Origin: Arcobacteraceae bacterium
GTDB lineage: Bacteria > Campylobacterota > Campylobacteria > Campylobacterales > Arcobacteraceae
Assembly: GCA_963662945.1 (NCBI GenBank)
Contig: OY759974.1
Span: forward strand, 32,001-96,000
Direction: 5' to 3'
Length of the DNA: 64,000 nucleotides
Made by a program: the position numbers and the translations under genes. The notes beneath the pieces were generated by a model. That model did not search any database and had not been told where the DNA came from. It saw only the letters and a list, made by a program, of their open reading frames with translations. Shown one piece after another: positions 49,366-58,290 of this stretch (the first letter of the stretch is position 1; every line of letters starts with the position of its first letter).

Positions 49366-50388
49366 TTAGATTATTAACATTGCATCGCCATAAGAGAAAA
49401 ATCTGTATTTTTCTTTTATAGCCTCCTCGTATATCTTCATAGTCTTTTCTAGTCCTATAAAAGAAGCTACAAGCATAATAAGTGTTGATTTTGGCAAATG
49501 AAAGTTTGTAAGAAGATAGTTCACTCTTTTTGGTTGGTTTAAAGGATTTAAAAAAAGATTAGCTTCTCCGGATGGTTGTTTTGTGTCATTATAAAACTCT
49601 ATTGTTCTTGTAACTGTTGTTCCTACCGCTAGTATTTTATTTTCTCCATCTAAAACATTTTGTGATGATTTTGGAATCTCATAAAACTCACTATGCATAG
49701 GATGTTCAAGTATGTCATCACATTCAACTGGCTTAAATGTACCAGCACCCACATGAAGAGTGAGATAGTTTGTGTTGTAATTATTTTTGAGATTTTCCAA
49801 TAATTCTGGTGTAAAATGCAACGATGCAGTTGGTGCTGCAACTGCTCCATAGTTTTTTGCAAAAAGTGTTTGATAGTTTGTATTATCTGACTCTTCATCT
49901 TCTCTTTTTATATAAGGAGGTAATGGTAGATGTCCTATATTGTTTAAAACTTCTACTAAAGATAAAAAGTCTAACTCTTTCCCATCTTGGTAAAACTTCA
50001 CTATTCTTGTACCATCTTCTTGTAAAGCCAACACTTCTACACTCAAATCCTTATCAAATGTGATGATTGTACCAACAAGAACTTTTCCTCTCATATAGAC
50101 TAAATACTCATTGTTTGGTAAAGGTTTATTAAAAAGAAGTTCTATCTTTCCACCTGTAGATTTATGTCCAAATATTCGGGCTTTTATAACTTTTGTATCG
50201 TTAAAAAATATTTCTGTATTTTTAGGGATAAAATCTAATAGATATTTAAAAGTAGTATGGGTAATAGTGTCTTTGATAGTGTCATAAACTAAGAGCTTCG
50301 CTTCATCAGCAGGAACTGCTGGATAGGTAGCTATTAGTTCATTTGGTAAGTTATAATCATAACTTGATGTTTTGAGAGGATCTAACAT
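49366..50388 (-). CDS. queA: S-adenosylmethionine:tRNA ribosyltransferase-isomerase
   Basis: YDYNLP, NDTKVIKAR, PLPPYI, AAPTASLHF, LHVGAGTF, TNFHLPKSTL, FFSYGDAM; start moved to ATG 50388. Confidence 0.96.
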   Translation of the reverse strand: MLDPLKTSSYDYNLPNELIATYPAVPADEAKLLVYDTIKDTITHTTFKYLLDFIPKNTEIFFNDTKVIKARIFGHKSTGGKIELLFNKPLPNNEYLVYMRGKVLVGTIITFDKDLSVEVLALQEDGTRIVKFYQDGKELDFLSLVEVLNNIGHLPLPPYIKREDEESDNTNYQTLFAKNYGAVAAPTASLHFTPELLENLKNNYNTNYLTLHVGAGTFKPVECDDILEHPMHSEFYEIPKSSQNVLDGENKILAVGTTVTRTIEFYNDTKQPSGEANLFLNPLNQPKRVNYLLTNFHLPKSTLIMLVASFIGLEKTMKIYEEAIKEKYRFFSYGDAMLII

Positions 50389-50389
50389 A

Positions 50390-51154
50390 TTATTTTGTAG
50401 AATTTTCTTCCTCTTCCTCATCAAGTTCTTCTTCCTCTTCTTCATCACCAGCTGGATTAAATATCTTCGCAATATAGATAGATACACCATATAATACGAT
50501 AAGTGGTCCAGCCATTAAAAACTGCGTTAATACATCTGGTGGTGTTAATAGTGCAGAAACTATAAAGATAAGTACAACTGCATATTTAAAAAAGTCTTTT
50601 AATGTTCTATCAGTTACAAGTCCGATAATCGCTAAGAAAAATGTAAATACTGGTAACTCAAAAGCTAAACCAAAACCAAATAATAGTTTCGTAAAAAAGC
50701 TTACATATTTTCCAATACTTGGCATAACAGATACAACTGTACTACCAAAGTTGATTAAAAATTCAAACCCAAATGGTACAACAACATAGTATGCAAATGA
50801 AGCACCAATTAAAAACATAATTGTAGCCCCTAAAACAAAAGGGATAACAAGTTTTTTCTCATTGTCATATAAACCTGGTGCCAAAAACAACCACATTTGC
50901 CATAAGATAACAGGTAGTGATACTAAAAATGCACTAAAAAATGCTACTTTAAGTGCTGTGAAGAATGTCTCTTGTACTTCAATAGCAACCATTTTTGAAC
51001 CCTCAGGCAATACAGCCTCAACAGGAACCATCATCCAGTTTAATATAGGTTCATATACAGCAAAACATGCAAAAAATGCTACGAAAAGTGTAGCACACGA
51101 TATGATAAGTCTTTTTCTTAAATCAGCTATATGTGGTTTTAAATCTTCAAACAT
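50390..51154 (-). CDS. tatC: Twin-arginine translocase subunit TatC
   Basis: HIADLRKRL, FLAPGLY, FELPV, LTPPD. Confidence 0.96.
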   Translation of the reverse strand: MFEDLKPHIADLRKRLIISCATLFVAFFACFAVYEPILNWMMVPVEAVLPEGSKMVAIEVQETFFTALKVAFFSAFLVSLPVILWQMWLFLAPGLYDNEKKLVIPFVLGATIMFLIGASFAYYVVVPFGFEFLINFGSTVVSVMPSIGKYVSFFTKLLFGFGLAFELPVFTFFLAIIGLVTDRTLKDFFKYAVVLIFIVSALLTPPDVLTQFLMAGPLIVLYGVSIYIAKIFNPAGDEEEEEELDEEEEENSTK

Positions 51155-51513
51155 TAAGCTTCCTTATCTTGAGTTAACGATATTTTTTCTTTTTTTGATT
51201 TTTTTGTATCTTCTGAAGTAGTTTCTTTTTGTTCTATTTTCTTTGGCTCTGCTGCTTTAGAGATATCATCTAAATCGATATTTGCCATACTTTGTATATT
51301 TGAAACACTCTCTTTTAATTTTGCAGCATCTTCTTTTAACTCAGAGAGATTAAGTTCTTTGTCTAAAGATGATTTTGCATCACTAAGTTCACCTTTTATT
51401 TTTTTGAAAAACTTAGCACCCTCAACCAATGCTCCCGGTAGCTTTTCAGGACCTAAAGCTATGATTGCAACAATAAGGACTAAAAAAATCTCCATAAAAC
51501 CCATACCAAACAT
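51154..51513 (-). CDS. tatB: Twin-arginine translocase subunit TatB
   Basis: MFGMGFMEI ... LGPEKLP; directly upstream of tatC. Confidence 0.92.
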   Translation of the reverse strand: MFGMGFMEIFLVLIVAIIALGPEKLPGALVEGAKFFKKIKGELSDAKSSLDKELNLSELKEDAAKLKESVSNIQSMANIDLDDISKAAEPKKIEQKETTSEDTKKSKKEKISLTQDKEA

Positions 51514-51607
51514 ATAAATACCTTTTATTAATTAATAGTTTGGGATTTTACCTAATTTTTGATAAAATTCCACATAATTTAAGAGAATAAAAATTTGGAG
51601 AATAAGA

Positions 51608-52363
51608 ATGATAAAATTGTTGATATTGGCACTAGTAGGATTTGTTTTTTATATGCTAACAAGGGGATATAAAAGTAGTGACTTTCAACATATAAAAGTA
51701 GATGGAAAACAAACATTAAAAGGGAACTTAGAAGATCACGAAGCAGGACTTTTAGTAGCTATGATGGCAAAAGTTGCTAAAGCAGATGGAAAAGTGAGTG
51801 AACTTGAAGCTGAGATATTAAGCCATACTTTTACAGATATTTCAAATCATTTTGAAAATAGCGAAGAGATAAGAGAACAACTTAAAGCTATCTATAAAAA
51901 AGAGATGAATAGTTTTGATAATACTATTGATGTGGCACAAAGATATTTAAAGCTTACAAAAAGAGAATATCACAAAAGATTAAAAGTGCTTGAGTATCTT
52001 CTAAATCTAGCATTTATAGACAATGACTTCTCAAAAACAGAGTTTATGATAACAGAAGATATTGCAAATGCAATGGAGATAAAAAAAGCTGATTTTGAAG
52101 CTATGATAGCGCAGTTTGAGCAATATTATGCACAAAAACAAAATACAAAGCAATTCTCACTAGAAAAAGCGTATGAAGTGCTAGGTGCGACACCAGCAGA
52201 TGATATGGGAACTATCAAGAAAAAATACAGACAACTTGTAAAAGAAAATCATCCAGATATTATCACAGGGCAGGGTGCTAGTCAATCTATCATAGATGAA
52301 GCAACCAAAAAACTTCAAGAGATAAATGAAGCATACGAACTAATCAAAAATGAGAAAGCCTAA
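51608..52363 (+). CDS. djlA: DjlA-like co-chaperone (TM + TerB-like + J domain)
   Basis: AKVAKADGKVS; J domain AYEVLG ... KENHPD ... EINEAYE. Confidence 0.85.
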   Translation: MIKLLILALVGFVFYMLTRGYKSSDFQHIKVDGKQTLKGNLEDHEAGLLVAMMAKVAKADGKVSELEAEILSHTFTDISNHFENSEEIREQLKAIYKKEMNSFDNTIDVAQRYLKLTKREYHKRLKVLEYLLNLAFIDNDFSKTEFMITEDIANAMEIKKADFEAMIAQFEQYYAQKQNTKQFSLEKAYEVLGATPADDMGTIKKKYRQLVKENHPDIITGQGASQSIIDEATKKLQEINEAYELIKNEKA

Positions 52364-52366
52364 TTT

Positions 52367-52600
52367 ATGGCTGACTTTCACTATAGTTATGAAGTGTGTA
52401 CTTGTAGAAAAGTCACACTTGGAGAGATAATTCACGCTATAAAAGAGCAGGGTGCTACAACTATTGAAGAGATTGGAGAGCTTACAGATGCTGGAACTGC
52501 TTGTGGTTGTTGTAAATGTGAAGCAGATGATTTTGGGCAACCTAAGATGAAACTGTATTTAGAACAGATATTAAAGAAGTTTGTAAACAATGGAAAATAA
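52367..52600 (+). CDS. BFD-like [2Fe-2S]-binding protein
   Basis: VCTCRKV ... AGTACGCCKC. Confidence 0.85.
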   Translation: MADFHYSYEVCTCRKVTLGEIIHAIKEQGATTIEEIGELTDAGTACGCCKCEADDFGQPKMKLYLEQILKKFVNNGK

Positions 52601-52799
52601 TAAATTAGAACTCATAGAAGAGATAAAACAGCTTATAAGTGTAGATGGTACAACAATAGATATAAATCCTAACTATTTAGAGTATTTTGAACTAGAAGAG
52701 TTAGAAGATATAAAACAACAACTTTTGAACAATAAATCAAATGTAAACTCTTTTACAAAAGGGTATGTAGAGGAACTCTACGAGAAATTTTCACAATAA
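52590..52799 (+). CDS. Small acidic hypothetical protein
   Basis: 69-aa ORF overlapping the previous stop; no motif recognised. Confidence 0.65.
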   Translation: MENNKLELIEEIKQLISVDGTTIDINPNYLEYFELEELEDIKQQLLNNKSNVNSFTKGYVEELYEKFSQ

Positions 52800-52856
52800 C
52801 CAGAAATTTAAGGTATAGTTAATAGTTTATTGACTATAATTCTCGTCCAAAAACAT

Positions 52857-52931
52857 TCCGGCATAGCTCAGCGGTAGAGTAGATGACTGTTAATCATTTG
52901 GTCCCTGGTTCGATCCCAGGTGCCGGAGCCA
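52857..52931 (+). tRNA. tRNA-Asn (GTT)
   Basis: Acceptor stem TCCGGCA/TGCCGGA, anticodon loop CTGTTAA, T-arm CCTGG-TTCGATC-CCAGG, encoded CCA; TATAAT at 52835-52840. Confidence 0.98.
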
Positions 52932-52987
52932 CTTTTCTTTAAATATTACACTTATAAAATCAAAATAATTTTTAAATGTAATCAATT

Positions 52988-53079
52988 CCTACATTCAACT
53001 TATAAGTGCAACACACGATTCGCAATTATGCCACCAATTTCCTTGAAACTTCACTCATAAAAACTTCATAAGGTGTTTC
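52988..53079 (-). mobile_element. IS30-family right-end remnant (terminal IR plus last codons of the transposase)
   Basis: CCTACATTCAACTTATAAGTGCAACA (52988-53013) resembles IS30-type IRs; minus frame 53026-53079 reads ETPYEVFMSEVSRKLVA*, like the IS30 transposase C-terminal TPxEVF motif. Confidence 0.7.
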
Positions 53080-53357
53080 ATTCCTTTGAAATTAATGGTA
53101 AAAAATACCCTTAAAACCGCTTATTGTAGGATTGGATGATATTGATTGAATAATAGTGTTACTTATATCACTGAGCGTGGTCGAAGAATGTTTGATGACA
53201 TTCCTATTGGTAGATTGATGAAAGTATATACTTAATTAAAACTTAAATCATGTGACAGATTTTGTGACATTAGTATGATAAACTAGCAGTAAAGCTTTAA
53301 AGGTATTTATACTTTAACATTGCAGTTTGCAATATTTTTAAGTGAAATCAAAATATG

Positions 53358-53381
53358 TGTTATGATTTTTAAAAATCATAA
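53358..53381 (+). promoter_or_regulatory. Extended -10 (TGnTATGAT) overlapped by a perfect 22-bp palindrome
   Basis: TTATGATTTTTAAAAATCATAA (53360-53381), immediately before the AAGGA SD of the 53393 ORF. Confidence 0.6.
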
Positions 53382-53392
53382 AAGGAAATAAA

Positions 53393-54160
53393 ATGAATGA
53401 AGAAAACCCTATAAATAATTTACTAAAGAATCTTTCGGAAAGCTATAGTAGATTATATCAGTTTATTAAGAGTCCAAAAATTGAAATTAATAAAAATATT
53501 TTCAGTAATACTATGGCAGATTTTGTAATTTCATTTTCTATTGTATTTTTTATAATACAATTATTAAAAGAATTGCTACCTGATTATTTATCTATTAAAC
53601 CATTAGAGCTATTAAATGTTATTCAATTTGGATTCATGTTAGCCACAAATGTATTTTTACTTGCATTTATTTTTTGTATTTTATTTTGGTTATTAAATAA
53701 AATTAGAAGAATTGATAATATAAGTTTAATATTTTATCAAGTCATAAAAACATACTCTATTATGAATATCTTTATTGTAGTAATATTTACAATTTTACTT
53801 GATAAAATATTAACGAATAATACAACAAATTGGACTTTACTAGAGAGTTTTATTGCAATAGGATTAACTATTGCAGTATTGTATATGTTTTATAGATTAT
53901 TGTTAAAGCCTATTGCTGTGTTCTTGACAACTTATTTTTCAAAAAAAACTTCTTATATAATAAGTATAGCTAGTATTTTTATTGCATTAAATATAAATCA
54001 ACCTATATTTACTAAGTATTTTATAAATGTGATAGATAAAGAAGAAATATGTAAGCAATATGTAGAATTGAATTTTCAACAAGATATTACTGATATGAAA
54101 AAGAATAAAGATTGTATGATTGGAAAATGCTTAAAAGAGTTTAATAACTATTTTAAATAA
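53393..54160 (+). CDS. Hypothetical multi-pass membrane protein
   Basis: About 5 hydrophobic segments, Cys-containing C-terminal tail, AAGGA SD; very AT-rich. Confidence 0.75.
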   Translation: MNEENPINNLLKNLSESYSRLYQFIKSPKIEINKNIFSNTMADFVISFSIVFFIIQLLKELLPDYLSIKPLELLNVIQFGFMLATNVFLLAFIFCILFWLLNKIRRIDNISLIFYQVIKTYSIMNIFIVVIFTILLDKILTNNTTNWTLLESFIAIGLTIAVLYMFYRLLLKPIAVFLTTYFSKKTSYIISIASIFIALNINQPIFTKYFINVIDKEEICKQYVELNFQQDITDMKKNKDCMIGKCLKEFNNYFK

Positions 54161-54173
54161 TAGGAGAAAGAAT

Positions 54174-55247
54174 ATGAAGTTTGTACAAAAAATAAAAGAT
54201 GTTTTCAAGATGTTTTTAAAAGATCAAATACAAGAGAAATCGCAAGATCAATTAAATTATAAAAATAAAAAAGCTAATCCTATTCTAATAATTAGAAGTG
54301 ATGGGTATTCTTATGAACAATTTGATCCAATGTTACATGATATAAATAAATATTTTGATGAGATTTTAGAACTACTAAAAGTAAAAAATAAACATGGTAA
54401 AGATGTTAAAATTAAATTGTCTTTAGAAGCAACTAATCCTGATACTATAAAAGCATTTGCAATTAGAACTAATAAGGAGTTAGGAGAATATGAAATTAGA
54501 ATGTCAGCAGGGCTTTCTTATCATATATGGTTAACTTCAAGATTTGTAATGGCAGATTACGAATATTTTACTTGGGCTAATAATTGTCAAGTTATAGATG
54601 AAGAACTTAAATCAAAAAATATTAAAGAGATTTTAGCAGATTCTACATACCACTTATTAACTTATTATATATTGTTACACGAATTATCTCATATTCTTTT
54701 AGGACATTGTGATTTTATTCAAGATAGGATGGAAATTAACTCTCTTGATGAATTTAAAGATGAAAGAGAGTTATTGAAAGAAGAGGTCTTAATTAGAAAA
54801 GCTTTTGAAGCTGATGCTGATAGACAAGCTGGAGAGTATTTAATAGCAATATTCAATGCTTCACTTGGAAATGATGGTTTAGGTGTTAAATTTAAATTTC
54901 CTAATAGAGAAGCAGTATTTGAATTTTATACATATAGTGTAACATCTATTTTTACATTACTTCAACAGTTTTCTTTACGACAAGAAACTATTCATCCTTT
55001 ACCTAATGAAAGACAAAGTATAGTTATAACTGCTATGAGAAGATACTTTGAAAAGTATAATATTAAAGATTCAGAAGCAATTGTACTTCTTTCAATGATT
55101 TATATGATGGATGCAGCTCAAAAGTTTGGACTAATAGGTTCAATGGATTCTTTAGATATTGTAAATAACATAGAAAATATGGGTTGGGTAGCAGAAATTT
55201 TAAATCAAACTAAGATAAAAGAATACCAACATAAAATTATTATATAG
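54174..55247 (+). CDS. HExxH zinc metallopeptidase, Lit/peptidase U49-like
   Basis: ILLHELSHILLGH, downstream EADADRQA, late HP (IHPLPNER); AGGAG SD. Confidence 0.65.
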   Translation: MKFVQKIKDVFKMFLKDQIQEKSQDQLNYKNKKANPILIIRSDGYSYEQFDPMLHDINKYFDEILELLKVKNKHGKDVKIKLSLEATNPDTIKAFAIRTNKELGEYEIRMSAGLSYHIWLTSRFVMADYEYFTWANNCQVIDEELKSKNIKEILADSTYHLLTYYILLHELSHILLGHCDFIQDRMEINSLDEFKDERELLKEEVLIRKAFEADADRQAGEYLIAIFNASLGNDGLGVKFKFPNREAVFEFYTYSVTSIFTLLQQFSLRQETIHPLPNERQSIVITAMRRYFEKYNIKDSEAIVLLSMIYMMDAAQKFGLIGSMDSLDIVNNIENMGWVAEILNQTKIKEYQHKIII

Positions 55248-55258
55248 GGATATAAAGT

Positions 55259-57601
55259 ATGATTTTAAAACCAAAAAAAACAAATGATCCTTTAAAAAAA
55301 GAAATTGAAAAAGCTAAAAGGAAATTAAAAAATGTTTCTGCTCCAAGTAAGCTTGAGCAACAAGAAAAAACAAAATATTTAGAAAAAGAAGTTTTACCAA
55401 AAATTAGAGAAGATATAGAAAATCTAATTAAAGAAATTCAAAATGATTTATTAAGTTGTAATCCAATTCAAACATTAGAAACACTTTCTTTTTTATATAG
55501 CATAACAACACCTGATAATTTACTTGAAGATATAGATAGTATGAAAAGTGCATATTTGGATTATGTACATAGCTTAATAAGTTCATTAAAAGGTTATGAT
55601 TTAAAAGGGGAGTTAAATGATGCAATATTAACAAATATTCAAAAAAATATAGTAGAACTACATAATCAAATAGTGTTTTATTTTATGATTATTGGAACAG
55701 ATAAGGATGGAACACCTGATAAAACAAGATTTCTTCAAATGTTAAACCATTTAGTAATAAGAGGTTTATCTTATTCAAATCATCAATATTCGTTATGTAA
55801 AGAATTATTTTCAAATTATGATCAAATATTACAAAAAAAATATTTTATTAATGCAGAAGAATTAGTAGATGAATTAAAAAAGATTATTGAATCTCCTGAA
55901 CACAATATAAATATTCAAGGGCGGTATATGGTTGAGATGAAAAAGTCTCATGAGCAATTTATAGTTGATAGCAAACAAGCCGAACTAGATAATAGAATTG
56001 AAGAATTTATGTTAAATTATAAAGATTCAGAAGCTATTCAAGATACAAATAAAAGATTACAAAAAATATATGATGAAACAGCTATTTCATGTAATGACTC
56101 AATTTTTAAAATACATAATATATCACTTACTAATGAGTTACTAGATAATATTAGTCTTCAATTTGGAGATAATACTTCATTTAAAGAAGGCACTATAGAT
56201 TATTTTCCTACTAATGAATCATTAATTTATGAAAAGCCTTTGATTAAAAATGATGATGAATATTTTTGTTTTAATCCAGCAACATTAACACATAGTTTGC
56301 ATATGGTACTAGAAAATCTAATTCTCAATGAAATACCTGAAAATAAAAGGGCAAAACAATACTATAAGAAAAAAGGAGATTATTTAGAGGGAAAATCACT
56401 TAAATTATTTCAGGAAATTTTACCTAACTCTGAAATATATCAAAATTTAAAATATGATATTGATGATGAAGTTGATGGGATAGTGATATATGATAATAAT
56501 ATATTAATAGTTGAGGCAAAAAGTAATAAGTTTACTTTAGAAGCTAAAAAAGGTAGTCTTGATAGAATTAAAAGAAATACTAAAGATATTGTAGATAAGG
56601 CATATCAACAAGCTATTAGAGCAAAAGAATACATATTATCAAATGAGATAATTGAATTTAGAGATAAAAATAAAAATGTTGTTTTAAAATTAGATACTAC
56701 AAAAATAAATAATATATATTTAATTAATACAACTCTTGAACCATTAATGCATATTACATCTAATTTAAACTCTTTAAAAGAGTTCGGACTTATAAAAGGC
56801 AAAGATTGGATTTGGTCAGTGTATCTTAATGATTTAAAAATCATATCTGAAATAATTGATTCTCCTACAGAATTTATATTATATTTAGAAAGACGAATTA
56901 AATTTAATGATTATCCGCAAATACATTCTGCTGAAGAAATTGATATTTTTGGTCATTTTTTAAGTAATGGATTATATTATGATGATATAGATTTTCCAAA
57001 AGAAAACTATTCAATGGTTACAACTGGATTTTGTGAAGAAATAGATCAATATTATTTTGCAAAAGAAGGAATTTTAGATAAAAAGGTTTCAAAACCTAGT
57101 TTTATTAATAAATCTCCACTAAAACCCTTAATATTAAAATTAGAAGAATCTAAAATTGACAATTTTTCTATTGTTTCAAAACTTTTACTGAATTATTCAG
57201 GTGATGATCAAAATATGATTTTTGAACAAGTAAATTATATTTTAAATGGTAGAAGAAAAAACTTTTCAATGAGTATTAATCATAATAATATTGGATTTAC
57301 ATTTTGTCATGAAAACTACCCAAATATAGAAGATATGGAGTTTTATTGTAAAATAATGTCCTATGACAAAAAAGTAAATAATTGGGTATTAATTTTAATA
57401 GATGGAAACCATATTAGTAATATTGATGTGAGTTTTAAATATTTTACATTCACTAATGACTTTGATGAACAATTAGAACAAGAAGTAAAAGAATTGAAAG
57501 AAAGAAGGATGAAGCAAACTTTAAATGTTCAAAAGAAAATTGGAAGAAATGATCCTTGTCCTTGTGGTAGTGGTAAAAAATATAAAAAATGTTGTATTTA
57601 G
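55259..57601 (+). CDS. Large protein with a NERD-like PD-(D/E)xK nuclease domain and a C-terminal SEC-C zinc motif
   Basis: KGDYLE ... EVDGIVIYDNNILIVEAKS; C-terminal KIGRNDPCPCGSGKKYKKCC. Confidence 0.8.
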   Translation: MILKPKKTNDPLKKEIEKAKRKLKNVSAPSKLEQQEKTKYLEKEVLPKIREDIENLIKEIQNDLLSCNPIQTLETLSFLYSITTPDNLLEDIDSMKSAYLDYVHSLISSLKGYDLKGELNDAILTNIQKNIVELHNQIVFYFMIIGTDKDGTPDKTRFLQMLNHLVIRGLSYSNHQYSLCKELFSNYDQILQKKYFINAEELVDELKKIIESPEHNINIQGRYMVEMKKSHEQFIVDSKQAELDNRIEEFMLNYKDSEAIQDTNKRLQKIYDETAISCNDSIFKIHNISLTNELLDNISLQFGDNTSFKEGTIDYFPTNESLIYEKPLIKNDDEYFCFNPATLTHSLHMVLENLILNEIPENKRAKQYYKKKGDYLEGKSLKLFQEILPNSEIYQNLKYDIDDEVDGIVIYDNNILIVEAKSNKFTLEAKKGSLDRIKRNTKDIVDKAYQQAIRAKEYILSNEIIEFRDKNKNVVLKLDTTKINNIYLINTTLEPLMHITSNLNSLKEFGLIKGKDWIWSVYLNDLKIISEIIDSPTEFILYLERRIKFNDYPQIHSAEEIDIFGHFLSNGLYYDDIDFPKENYSMVTTGFCEEIDQYYFAKEGILDKKVSKPSFINKSPLKPLILKLEESKIDNFSIVSKLLLNYSGDDQNMIFEQVNYILNGRRKNFSMSINHNNIGFTFCHENYPNIEDMEFYCKIMSYDKKVNNWVLILIDGNHISNIDVSFKYFTFTNDFDEQLEQEVKELKERRMKQTLNVQKKIGRNDPCPCGSGKKYKKCCI

Positions 57602-57917
57602 GCATATAAGTAATAATTTAAAATCAAAGTAATGTTTAGAGTTACTGAAAACCATCCTATAAAGAATAGCTTAAACCAATAGCTATTTTTTTAGGTATTA
57701 CTTTATTGTTTGCTTTTTTGAGTATTTTTAACAGAGTATTCAAAAAAGGGGACAGTCCCCATCCAATATCCTTCAGCATTCTAGAAATCTTTTTAAACCA
57801 ACTTTGTTTAGCAATATTACAAGCATCACAACCACAATTTTTAGGTATATATAAAATATTTAATCACTTCTTTTAAAATATTTGTTATAATTATCACAAT
57901 TAAAAGAGGTTATTAAA

Positions 57918-58235
57918 ATGTCAGTATTAGCAAAGAGTGAAATTTTATCAAAATTAAAAGAACTAAAACCACAGTTTGACAAAGAAGGTTTTATTATAAA
58001 AGCATTATTTGGTTCTTACTCTAGAGATGAAGCAACTGAAAATAGTGATATTGATATACTCGTAGAAGCTACACCTGAATTTGCAAATAAATATGGTTTT
58101 CAAGCTATTAATAGAATCAAAGAGATACAGTCTGAAATAAGTAAATCTGTTGGAGTCCCTGTTGATTTAGCTGATAGTTCAGGTATGGGAAAAACTGCAA
58201 AAAAATTTATCTTAGATAGAGCAATATATATCTAA
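57918..58235 (+). CDS. Minimal nucleotidyltransferase (MNT/MntA-type antitoxin)
   Basis: LFGSYSR ... SDIDILV ... VDLA; 105 aa; TGTTATAAT promoter at 57883-57891. Confidence 0.9.
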   Translation: MSVLAKSEILSKLKELKPQFDKEGFIIKALFGSYSRDEATENSDIDILVEATPEFANKYGFQAINRIKEIQSEISKSVGVPVDLADSSGMGKTAKKFILDRAIYI

Positions 58236-58290
58236 AGAATCTATAAGTAAAATATATTTAATAATTAAAACGTTAAATTCACCATTCTAG
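58228..58290 (+). pseudogene. Probable 5' remnant of a HEPN (DUF86/HepT) toxin gene
   Basis: Frame overlapping the MNT stop reads (ATA)SKESISKIYLII..., with ATA where an ATG-coupled start is expected; ends after 20 codons at the repeat. Confidence 0.45.

Noticed and set aside
53150-53235. Short frame ...VTYITERGRRMFDDIPIGRLMKVYT* and an embedded CTGAGCGTGGTCGAAG resembling a REP-like repeat
   Set aside because: In-frame stops just upstream, no SD, single copy; at most an unassignable gene remnant.
55259-57601. secA
   Set aside because: Only the C-terminal SEC-C motif matches; no DEAD-type ATPase motifs.
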